This document shows, one piece after another, positions 55,810-64,000 of a stretch of DNA of 64,000 nt; positions within the stretch are counted from its first letter, which is position 1; every line of letters begins with the position of its first letter. Location of the stretch: the NCBI GenBank assembly GCA_037130925.1, contig JBAXSC010000001.1, positions 176,182 to 240,181 of the forward strand, written 5' to 3'. The stretch is from Candidatus Nomurabacteria bacterium. Its GTDB lineage: Bacteria; Patescibacteriota; Minisyncoccia; Phycocordibacterales; UBA5272. Under the pieces are notes generated by a model. It saw nothing but the letters and a program-made list of their open reading frames with translations, had not been told where the DNA came from and did not search any database. Made by a program: the position numbers and the translations under genes.

Positions 55810-58200
55810 TTATTTTGCGTATTCTGTCGCTTGATCAAATTTAATTGAAAGTAATTTTGAACATCCTTCTGATCCGACAGTCACACCATAAAGCACATCA
55901 CACTGATTCATTGTTTCTCTATTGTGTGTAATAACTAAAAGCTTTGACTTCTCTGAAAGTTTCTTGATCATTTTTCCATATCTTCTCGCATTTGATTCAT
56001 CAAGAGCAGCATCTGTCTCATCTAGCACCATAAATGGTGGATGATTTATTGAGCTCATAGCAAAAATAAGAGCAATAGAGGAGAGCGCTCTTTCTCCACC
56101 AGAAAGCATTTGAAGATCTTTAACTTTCTTTTCTGGAAGATTCACAGAAATTTCTATACCTGGCTCTCTTTGTTTTCCTTCATCAATATCATCATCTTCT
56201 CCATTTTCATTTGGAATTTTGGCTGTGATTTTTTCTAAAGCAAGAGAAGCTTTTCCTCCTTGGAAAATCTCATTAAAATAATTATTGAAATTAAAATTAA
56301 TTTGTTCTAATCCAGAATTAAATTCTAACAATAAAGAATCTTTCAAATCTTTAATTAAATTTTCTAAGCTTAATCTGGTATTTTCAAGATCGTTTATTTC
56401 AGTTGAAAGGAAAGTGTCTCTTTCAGAAAGATTTTTATATTCTTCCATAATATCTCCAGCATTAATGATTCCACTTTCTTCAATTTTAATTTTACTTCTC
56501 TCGACTTTACGAAGAAGATCATGTTGATTGATATTTAAAATATTTCTCTCATTTTCATCAGCTTCATTTTCATTCCAATTTTTATATTTAAAAGCAGAGC
56601 TTCCGATCAAAACACTCATTTCTTTTAATAAGTTTTCAAATTCATTTTCTTGCTCTAGAAGTCTGTCAGTTTTCATTCTTAGAGAATCTTTTTGTGAGTG
56701 AAGCTTTTCTAATTCCAATCTTAAAGTAAGGACTTTATTATCAAGCTTATAAGTTTTTTCTTTTTCTTCATTTTCTAATTTAGTTTTTTCTTCTCTTTTT
56801 GAATTAATATTATTGAGTAATATTTCTCTTTCTTGATTTAATTTGTCTAATTCTTCTTTTTTAAAATTAGATTTTTCTTCTAATTTATCTATTTCTTTTT
56901 GTTTATCTTCTTCTCTTTGTTCTATCTTTTTATTTTCATCTTCATGTCTAATCTTTTTAATAAAATCTTTTTCTTCTAAACTGGCTTTTTCTAGATCAGA
57001 TTTTAATTCTGAATATTTTTGTGATTCATATAAAGAGAAAATATTATTCCAAAGAGTTTCTCTTTTTCCTTCAAAAGAAGAAAGTTCATTTTTCTCAATA
57101 AAATATGTTTCAAATTCTTTTTTTACTTCTTCAATATTTAAATTTTTATTCTTTAAAATTTCTTCTTGTTTATTTTTTAAGAATTTTATTTCAAGATCAA
57201 GATTAACTGATTCTTTATAAAACTCATCACGATTTCTGTTTAAATTAGAAAGCTTTTCATTTTCAATATTTATTTGAGAATGGAGTTCTATTAAAAGATT
57301 TTTTAAATGCCCGTTTATAGATTCTCCTGATTGCTCTTGGTTAATTTTTTGAGAATTAAGTAAGAATAATTCATTTTCTAATGAAATTATAGTTTCTTCA
57401 AAATTTTGATGATGACTTAACTCTTCTTTTTTAATTAAAATCTCTTTATCTTCTTTATGTAAATAAACTTTTAATAGAGAAGTCATTGAATTTATTTCTT
57501 CTTCTCTTTTTTCTAATTCTTTTACTTGTTTTTTAAGGAAATTTAAATGAGGAATATTTTCTCTTCTTAATAAATCAATTTCTTGTAAATGATTTTTAAC
57601 TTTATCAAGCTTCTTTTCTCCTTCTTTGATACGCATATGATAAATACGAAGTCCAAGAGCGTCTTCTATCATTTCTCTTCTGTCATTATTATTTGAAAGT
57701 AGAATTCTATCAGCTTCACCTTGATTTACTATTGTATGTCCTGAGGCTGAGATATTTGCCATAGCGAGGAGCTCTTGTACGTCTTTAAGACGAACTTTTG
57801 TACCATTGATTAGATATTCGCTTGATCCGTCAGTAAAGATCTCTCTAGTCAAAATAATCTCATCAAGATTAATAAAGTTTAAAAGAGTATCATTGATCTC
57901 TGAATTTTTACTTAATAATTTTTCATTTATATTCTTATCTGAATTATCTAAATGAATAGAAACACTAGCGCGAGAAAGAGGAGATAAAAAAGAAGATCCT
58001 TTGAAAATCAAATCACTTCCAGATTTTGAACGAAGACCTTTCATCGATTGCTCTCCAAGCACAAATCTTATAGCTTCTGCTACATTTGATTTACCGGATC
58101 CATTTGGACCAACAACCCCAGTGACACTACTAGAAAGATCAATGTTTATTTTTTTAGCAAAGCTTTTAAAGCCTTGCATACTAATAGATTTTAAATACAT
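55810..58200 (-). CDS. smc: SMC-family ATPase, short form
   Basis: GFKSFA, GPNGSGKSN, QG, LSGGE, LDETDAALD, ITH. Confidence 0.9.
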   Translation of the reverse strand: MYLKSISMQGFKSFAKKINIDLSSSVTGVVGPNGSGKSNVAEAIRFVLGEQSMKGLRSKSGSDLIFKGSSFLSPLSRASVSIHLDNSDKNINEKLLSKNSEINDTLLNFINLDEIILTREIFTDGSSEYLINGTKVRLKDVQELLAMANISASGHTIVNQGEADRILLSNNNDRREMIEDALGLRIYHMRIKEGEKKLDKVKNHLQEIDLLRRENIPHLNFLKKQVKELEKREEEINSMTSLLKVYLHKEDKEILIKKEELSHHQNFEETIISLENELFLLNSQKINQEQSGESINGHLKNLLIELHSQINIENEKLSNLNRNRDEFYKESVNLDLEIKFLKNKQEEILKNKNLNIEEVKKEFETYFIEKNELSSFEGKRETLWNNIFSLYESQKYSELKSDLEKASLEEKDFIKKIRHEDENKKIEQREEDKQKEIDKLEEKSNFKKEELDKLNQEREILLNNINSKREEKTKLENEEKEKTYKLDNKVLTLRLELEKLHSQKDSLRMKTDRLLEQENEFENLLKEMSVLIGSSAFKYKNWNENEADENERNILNINQHDLLRKVERSKIKIEESGIINAGDIMEEYKNLSERDTFLSTEINDLENTRLSLENLIKDLKDSLLLEFNSGLEQINFNFNNYFNEIFQGGKASLALEKITAKIPNENGEDDDIDEGKQREPGIEISVNLPEKKVKDLQMLSGGERALSSIALIFAMSSINHPPFMVLDETDAALDESNARRYGKMIKKLSEKSKLLVITHNRETMNQCDVLYGVTVGSEGCSKLLSIKFDQATEYAK

Positions 58201-58380
58201 AAAATATTTACCAAAGTTAAAATTAAATAAATTATATCACAGAAAATTTACTACTTTTTTGTATTTGTATTATTAAAATAATTATAGTCGATAATATCTC
58301 TATTGACTTGACAAATTATTTATTATGATATATACTATATATCGTTAAAAATCATTCGTTCATACATAAAACAATATTAA

Positions 58381-58689
58381 ATGGAAAATTTATCCAAATT
58401 AATGGAAGCAATCCTAGGTATTAGTGGCAGTAATTTTATTTTTGTTCTGTACGCAAACAACAAACCTATTACCGAGGATAAAATAAAAGAAGTAAAGCAT
58501 TTAAAAGAAGAACATGTGCTTGTATTTCAATTAGAAAATGCCGGTGAAATTAGAAAACATTTAGCTTTCAATTTCATTGAAGTTAAATCAGATACCGAAA
58601 TACATATCATATGTAAAGGTAGGACATCTAATTTTGTTGTTCTTTCAAAAGAAGAACAAGAGAATAAGAATGAAAACCATTCTTCTTAA
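58381..58689 (+). CDS. hypothetical protein
   Basis: 102 aa; TTGACAAAT promoter at 58308; terminator AACCCGTA/TACGGGTT. Confidence 0.65.
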   Translation: MENLSKLMEAILGISGSNFIFVLYANNKPITEDKIKEVKHLKEEHVLVFQLENAGEIRKHLAFNFIEVKSDTEIHIICKGRTSNFVVLSKEEQENKNENHSS

Positions 58690-58805
58690 CTACCTCTTTT
58701 TAAAAATAAAGGGAACCCGTATACAAAAAACAAACTGTACGGGTTTTTTATTTGCCTAAATATGATATTATTGTCTCTATTGTTCATTTTAAAAACAAAA
58801 TAATA

Positions 58806-59249
58806 ATGCTAATAGAAAACAAAATGCATTTGAATGATGTGTGTAATGAAAAGGATAATAAATGTAGATTTTTAACATTAACTGCTATAGGATTTCAATG
58901 TGAGAAATATTCTCATTTGATGAGCTATATAAACAGAGATGTTAAAAATGGAATTTTAAAAGATAAAGGAGACAATTGTAATCTTCCTTTAGATATAATT
59001 TTAGAAATGAAAGACAAATTGAAAGACAAAGAGATTTTAATTTTTAATCACGAGATATCTAGATCGAGAGGAACAGTAAAAGATATTTTCATAAATAAGA
59101 CTAATTTTATAATTAAAACAAGTTATAAAAATGAGCCTTTAGAAATATTTTTTAATCTTCAAGATTTAGAAATCGCAATCTCAGAAGAAGAAATATCTTT
59201 AATATCAGGAAGTATTATTTCTAAAATTTATTTATTACACACAAAATAA
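58806..59249 (+). CDS. hypothetical Cys-containing protein
   Basis: C..CRFL..C...GDNC; ATG 58806 preferred. Confidence 0.6.
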   Translation: MLIENKMHLNDVCNEKDNKCRFLTLTAIGFQCEKYSHLMSYINRDVKNGILKDKGDNCNLPLDIILEMKDKLKDKEILIFNHEISRSRGTVKDIFINKTNFIIKTSYKNEPLEIFFNLQDLEIAISEEEISLISGSIISKIYLLHTK

Positions 59250-59284
59250 GGAGATTGATTTTTTATGATTGATCTCCTTTTAGT

Positions 59285-60073
59285 TTATATAAAAAATACT
59301 AAAGCAAAAATTATTGCAATGATAATACGATACCAACCAAAAGATACGAAATTGTGCTTTTGTACATAAGAAATTAGCCATTTAATAAAGATTAAAGCAA
59401 ATATAAATGCCGTAATAGTACCAATTGCTAAAGAATGAATTTCTGAAGAAGAAATATCTTTATAATTTTTTAATAAATCAAGACCTGTCGCTGCGAGCAT
59501 TGTTGGTACTGCAAGTAAAAATGAAAATTTAACGATAGTTTCTCTTTTAATATCCATTAAAAGTCCTCCGATAATTGTCGCTCCACTACGAGAAACTCCA
59601 GGGATCATTGCAACACTTTGCCAAAGTCCAAGATAAAAAGCTTTTTTATAACTTACTTCTTTAATATCAAAATTTACATGAGAAGATTTTACAATATTCT
59701 TCTTCGCATAATTTTTCTCTACTAATATCATTACTATTCCGCCAATAAATAGAGAAATTATTACAACTAAGAAATTATTTAATAAATATTCTTTTAAAAT
59801 TTTATAAACTGTTAAGCCTATTATTCCTGTTGGTATAAAAGCGACTATTAATTTTTTAATAACTTCTAAATTAAAGAATTCTTTAAAATATAAAACTACT
59901 ACAGCTAAAATTGCACCTAATTGAATAACTATCTCAAAATCTTTTAAAGCATTTGTATCTGGAATCTTAAAAAGATGAGCTACAAGTATCATATGACCTG
60001 TAGAAGATATTGGTAAAAACTCTGTTATTCCTTCAACTATTCCTAAAATTACCGAATGTAATGTTGATAACAT
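59285..60073 (-). CDS. uppP: undecaprenyl-diphosphatase UppP/BacA
   Basis: GIVEGITEFLPISSTGH, IQLGAILAV, PGVSRSGAT. Confidence 0.97.
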   Translation of the reverse strand: MLSTLHSVILGIVEGITEFLPISSTGHMILVAHLFKIPDTNALKDFEIVIQLGAILAVVVLYFKEFFNLEVIKKLIVAFIPTGIIGLTVYKILKEYLLNNFLVVIISLFIGGIVMILVEKNYAKKNIVKSSHVNFDIKEVSYKKAFYLGLWQSVAMIPGVSRSGATIIGGLLMDIKRETIVKFSFLLAVPTMLAATGLDLLKNYKDISSSEIHSLAIGTITAFIFALIFIKWLISYVQKHNFVSFGWYRIIIAIIFALVFFI

Positions 60074-60108
60074 ATTTTAAAAAATGAGATTATTTATTGT
60101 TTTTAATG

Positions 60109-60189
60109 TGCCCAGGGCGAGACTCGAACTCGCAAGCCGTGAGGCAAAAGATTTTAAGTCTTTCGTGTATACCATTCCACCACCTGGGC
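60109..60189 (-). tRNA. tRNA-Leu(TAA)
   Basis: Reverse complement GCCCAGGTGGTGGAATGG...AAAGA-CTTAAAA-TCTTT, long variable arm. Confidence 0.95.
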
Positions 60190-60292
60190 AATACTAATAT
60201 ATTATCATAAAATTTATTTTTTAAAAAGTTTTTTATCCAGACTTAAATAAAATTTTATATTCTCAGAATTTATGTTAGAATTACATAGAATT

Positions 60293-60366
60293 GGTGCGGT
60301 GGCGAAGTGGCCTAACGCTGCGGTTTGCAAAACCGCCATTCGCGGGTTCGACTCCCGCCCGCACCT
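60293..60366 (+). tRNA. tRNA-Cys(GCA)
   Basis: GGTGCGG/CCGCACC acceptor, GCGGT-TTGCAAA-ACCGC, U73. Confidence 0.95.
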
Positions 60367-60374
60367 CAAAATAT

Positions 60375-60839
60375 ATGAAAGAAAAAAGTATCTTTAAAAG
60401 AATAATAGAATCTTTTTCTGGATTTGAGTTAAAAAACAGATCTTATCTTTCTCGTCATAAGTTTTTATATGCTCTAATAGCTGGAGCAGGTGTTGTACTT
60501 TACTGGAGAGGAGTTTGGCATCTTGGTGACTCATTACAAGAAAATAGTAATGTCTTTTTAAGAATAATATTCTCTCCTTTAGGGTCTATTGTGTTAGGAG
60601 TTATAATTTTAGCTTCTATTGGTATTCTTGTTCAGCAATTTATCGGATCTGATGTGATAATCTCTGGAATTAAAAAAGAGAAAGAAGATATAGATAAAAC
60701 AGAAGAAGAAATATTAAAAGAAGAAGAGAAAGAAAAGAAAGAAGCTTCTTTAATTAAAGAAATAGATGAACATCTTCATGATATAGAAAAAAGAATAGAT
60801 AAAATTGATCATGAAGTTAAAACTGAATTGAATAAATAA
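60375..60839 (+). CDS. 2-TM membrane protein with coiled-coil tail
   Basis: Start taken as ATG 60375 after tRNA-Cys; GVVLYWRGVW. Confidence 0.8.
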   Translation: MKEKSIFKRIIESFSGFELKNRSYLSRHKFLYALIAGAGVVLYWRGVWHLGDSLQENSNVFLRIIFSPLGSIVLGVIILASIGILVQQFIGSDVIISGIKKEKEDIDKTEEEILKEEEKEKKEASLIKEIDEHLHDIEKRIDKIDHEVKTELNK

Positions 60840-60892
60840 GTTATTTGGAAAAATAATAATTTATGTTATAATTTTAAAACTAAAAATAGTCT

Positions 60893-60965
60893 GGGCCCTT
60901 AGCTCATTTGGTAGAGCGCCGGTTTTGCACTCCGGAGGTGAGCGGTTCGAATCCGCTAGGGTCCA
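60893..60965 (+). tRNA. tRNA-Ala(TGC)
   Basis: G3:U70 pair, loop TTTGCAC, GGTTCGAATCC. Confidence 0.95.
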
Positions 60966-61022
60966 CATTGATTTATAAAATAATAGTTGTATAATTAATT
61001 TATTATTAAATTATTTATTTTT

Positions 61023-61916
61023 ATGAAAAAATTATTTTATATCTTATTAATTGTTATCTTAGTTTTTTCATTAAAAGAAACTTCTGTATATGCCCAGATA
61101 CTTCCCGGGGTAAATACTTTTTCTTTTACTGTAGTTGATTTTAATAACCAAGTGATTGGTTCCGGAACTGGTACAGGAGAAACACAAAAATATATTTTTT
61201 CAATCAATAATCATAACTATTCTTCCTATGTTTCTGGTGTAACAACTTACTTACAAAGTGGAAAATCGCCATGGCACGACTCTTTATTTACAATACTTGC
61301 CTCTTCAAAAACTATAAATGGAATTACTTATTATAAAGATAATCTTGGGAATATTTTAGGTTCTTCTCAAATTATTTCAGATAATATTATATATACACCT
61401 TCAAATTCTATAACAAATATTACTTCTTGTGGAAGTGGTTATGGTGATTTTTCTTGCATATCCACAAGCTTAAATAATTTAAATAATATTTACGTTTACA
61501 TGTTATCTTCTTTAACATTATTATCTTCTAATAATTTAAATATTAATCCTTCATCTTGTAATGACGGGTATACTTTCTTCCCTACGCAAAAATTATTTAA
61601 TGGCCAAATACAATATATTTGTTTTTCATTGAGTTCAGCTCAAACAATTTCATCTACTTCATCTACAAATAATATTGCTTCAACAACCCAAACTTCAATA
61701 TCAATTCCAACACAATTAAATTCTTCTTCTACTGTTGCTACACAAACACAATATAAAACTATTCAAAGTTCAATTCTTCCAATATTGGGAAACCAAAAAA
61801 CTATACCAAATTTAGAATCCTCATCGTCAATTATTACCAAACTAAACACAATGTCCACAACAAGCAATATTACTTCTTTTTTTCATAAAATTTTAAAATT
61901 TTTTAAATTTTGGTAA
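61023..61916 (+). CDS. secreted Ser/Thr-rich protein
   Basis: Signal peptide (VYA-Q), S/T-rich stalk, amphipathic C-terminus. Confidence 0.7.
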   Translation: MKKLFYILLIVILVFSLKETSVYAQILPGVNTFSFTVVDFNNQVIGSGTGTGETQKYIFSINNHNYSSYVSGVTTYLQSGKSPWHDSLFTILASSKTINGITYYKDNLGNILGSSQIISDNIIYTPSNSITNITSCGSGYGDFSCISTSLNNLNNIYVYMLSSLTLLSSNNLNINPSSCNDGYTFFPTQKLFNGQIQYICFSLSSAQTISSTSSTNNIASTTQTSISIPTQLNSSSTVATQTQYKTIQSSILPILGNQKTIPNLESSSSIITKLNTMSTTSNITSFFHKILKFFKFW

Positions 61917-62091
61917 AAACTTTAAAAACAAAATTAATATAATACTTGAATATTTTAATAAAAAATAAATAATTTGCCTCAAATTAATTTTTGTGGTATT
62001 TTATTTTCGGAAAATTCTGTTTCTTTTTGTGTTTAGCAAATTGAAATTCTATATATAAAACAATATTTGTTCATTTCAAAATTTATAAACA

Positions 62092-63168
62092 ATGAAAATA
62101 ATTATTTCATTAATTAAAACTATTGCTATATGGTTAATTTTATTAGCTTTTGAAGAATGGAGATTTCCAGGTCCAAGTAATTATCTAGTACAAATACCTG
62201 CTTGCATATGGTTCTTTATGAATGCTTATGTGGGAGTAGATCCTCATGATTACAAAGAAGTTCACAGAAGAACAGGATCTTTGGTTGCAAAACTAGATCC
62301 AGGATTTTATTTTTATCCATTTTTATGGTTTTGGGGAATTGTTTATTACAGTCCTAAAATAAAATACACAAATACAAAAAGGAGTAATTTTGATCAATCA
62401 AAAGCAATCTTGAAAAGAGAAATTGGGTTTTGGGAAGGTGTAAGTAGGGAATTTATTATTCCTTTTATAATGAGAAACGGACTCTGGGCAATTTTTGTAT
62501 CGATTATTTTTGGAAGTACTTTAGGATTTTATAGTGTAAAATATAAAAATAAAATAGTTTACAAAATAGAAAATAGTTTTGATCCTTTTCTTTATATTTT
62601 TAGCAAAAACAAAACTGAGGAAAAAGATAAAACAAATTTTTCCGGAATAAAATCCGATAAAGAAAATCCCCAAATTAGATCAGGAAATAATACAAATAAT
62701 TCCTCGTCAGTTTCAGATCAATCACCTGAACAAAATAATGGTATAACTTGGGATTATACAAAGATTCCTGGTTACTATAAACACAAAGACATAGCAAAAT
62801 TTGTAAAATTACAAAAAGGCGAAAACAAGGTTAGGATAAGAGGTTATTTTTATTCAGATATAATAGACGGTGTGGTATATCCTCAAATTTATGTTGATGG
62901 GTATAAAGATTTAAATCCTTTAGAACTTTTTTATATCTCAGTCGACTCTTTAATTTATAAAAATAAAATGCTCTTTAAAAAGCCTGAGGAAAAATCTAAA
63001 ATTGAAAGCTATTATAGAGCTATAGAAAAAAACAATTTTAATTCCGATTGTTATAGAGACATAGTAATTGGTGTTAAAGATGAATTTAAAAATAAGATTT
63101 CATGGCTGATAATAGATTATTCTTCTTCCTATTCTAATTTTTCTATGGAAATTCTTTATGATAAATAA
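62092..63168 (+). CDS. hypothetical membrane protein
   Basis: N-terminal TMs, low-complexity linker, globular C-terminus; terminator at ~63193-63230. Confidence 0.7.
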   Translation: MKIIISLIKTIAIWLILLAFEEWRFPGPSNYLVQIPACIWFFMNAYVGVDPHDYKEVHRRTGSLVAKLDPGFYFYPFLWFWGIVYYSPKIKYTNTKRSNFDQSKAILKREIGFWEGVSREFIIPFIMRNGLWAIFVSIIFGSTLGFYSVKYKNKIVYKIENSFDPFLYIFSKNKTEEKDKTNFSGIKSDKENPQIRSGNNTNNSSSVSDQSPEQNNGITWDYTKIPGYYKHKDIAKFVKLQKGENKVRIRGYFYSDIIDGVVYPQIYVDGYKDLNPLELFYISVDSLIYKNKMLFKKPEEKSKIESYYRAIEKNNFNSDCYRDIVIGVKDEFKNKISWLIIDYSSSYSNFSMEILYDK

Positions 63169-63273
63169 ATACTTGATAAATATTTCCACAATTAATACTC
63201 TGTAAAACTAAAACTTTTACAGAGTATTTTATTTTATAAAATTTTATATAAATCTTCATGTTAAAATATAGAA

Positions 63274-64000
63274 ATGTATAAAGAAGAATCTATTAAAATT
63301 TCAAAAGATGATTTTCATAAATTTAAACTACTTTCTCCGCTTTTAAATATTCACGACATACCAAAGCAGCTTTACTTTAAAGCTAAAAATGAAGATATAT
63401 TAAATAATTTTTTAAATAAAACTTGGGATAATCAAGAATATAGAATATTAACTATTGTAGGATCAAGAAAAAATTCTAGTTATAGCAAAGAGGCTTTAGA
63501 TTATCTTTTAAAAAATTTATCAGGAGAAAAAATAATTATAATCTCAGGACTCGCGCTCGGTATAGATTCTCTTGCTCACACAGGTGCCATAAAAAACAAT
63601 TTTCCTACTATTTCTATACCCGGATCAGGATTAGATAAAAATCATTTATATCCAGCAACGAATGTAAACTTAAGTGAAGAAATTTTAGAAACTGAAAATA
63701 CTTTAATTTCAGAATATGAAGATAACAGAAAAAGTGAATTGTATATGTTCCCAGCCAGAAATAGAATAATGGCCGCATTAGCTGATGCAGTACTTATAGT
63801 CGAAGCTGGAGAAAAAAGTGGGACATTAATAACAGCAAGACTTGCAATGGAATATGGTAAAAATGTCGGTGTCATACCAAATAATATTTTTGCTGAAGGA
63901 GCAAAAGGATCAAATCAACTTTTAAAAGATGGAGCTTTAACTATTTTAGATGAAGAAGATATTTTGCAAATGCTAAATATTAGCAAAGATGGACAAGGAT
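63274..64000 (+). CDS. dprA: DNA-processing protein DprA (runs off window)
   Basis: IVGSR, ISGLALGIDSLAH, FPARNRIMAAL, VEAGEKSGTLITA. Confidence 0.95.
   Translation, partial: MYKEESIKISKDDFHKFKLLSPLLNIHDIPKQLYFKAKNEDILNNFLNKTWDNQEYRILTIVGSRKNSSYSKEALDYLLKNLSGEKIIIISGLALGIDSLAHTGAIKNNFPTISIPGSGLDKNHLYPATNVNLSEEILETENTLISEYEDNRKSELYMFPARNRIMAALADAVLIVEAGEKSGTLITARLAMEYGKNVGVIPNNIFAEGAKGSNQLLKDGALTILDEEDILQMLNISKDGQG

Noticed and set aside
60291-60374. N-terminal extension of the 60291..60839 ORF
   Set aside because: It overlaps tRNA-Cys; the real start is ATG 60375.
2707-63875. Short ORFs overlapping known genes (e.g. 3338-3808, 29581-29973, 36622-37068, 45286-45714, 56843-57220, 63642-63875)
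   Set aside because: Antisense or off-frame shadows of dnaK, valS, priA, miaA, smc, dprA and others, with no independent signals.
1-64000. CRISPR array, prophage, IS or complete DGR
   Set aside because: No regularly spaced repeats and no cas, phage structural, transposase, integrase or reverse-transcriptase genes recognised.
1-64000. Alternative genetic code (UGA=Gly as in Gracilibacteria)
   Set aside because: Housekeeping genes translate full-length under code 11.

Overview
Very AT-rich bacterial chromosome segment (standard code 11, no Shine-Dalgarno sites evident). The gene content and shortened housekeeping proteins suggest a Patescibacteria/CPR (Parcubacteria-like) genome; this is an inference. 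The backbone is rpsI (3' end), grpE-dnaK-dnaJ, typA, lepA, valS, hpf, fmt-def, priA, obg, gatB, miaA, parB, rel, topA, smc, uppP and dprA (5' part), plus 8 tRNAs. No integrase, transposase, reverse transcriptase or CRISPR array is visible. Main observations: (1) a SET-domain lysine methyltransferase is followed by an unannotated 29-aa histone-H1-like peptide (MAAKKKAAKKVAKKKATKKVAKKVAKKKK) with its own promoter, DnaA box, structured leader and terminator, and then by hpf, a candidate nucleoid-methylation/dormancy module; (2) orphan genes are dispersed as self-contained cassettes sharing a TTGACAAAT promoter, nearly all on the + strand, three of them with a homologous boxA-like hairpin leader; (3) a tandem cassette pair has a covarying leader hairpin more conserved than the proteins; (4) a candidate ~200-nt ncRNA lies at 55.2-55.4 kb; (5) an identical 23-nt loop is carried on two different stems 31 kb apart; (6) a beta-barrel-like protein occurs in a presumed monoderm. 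All calls are by eye; no searches were run.
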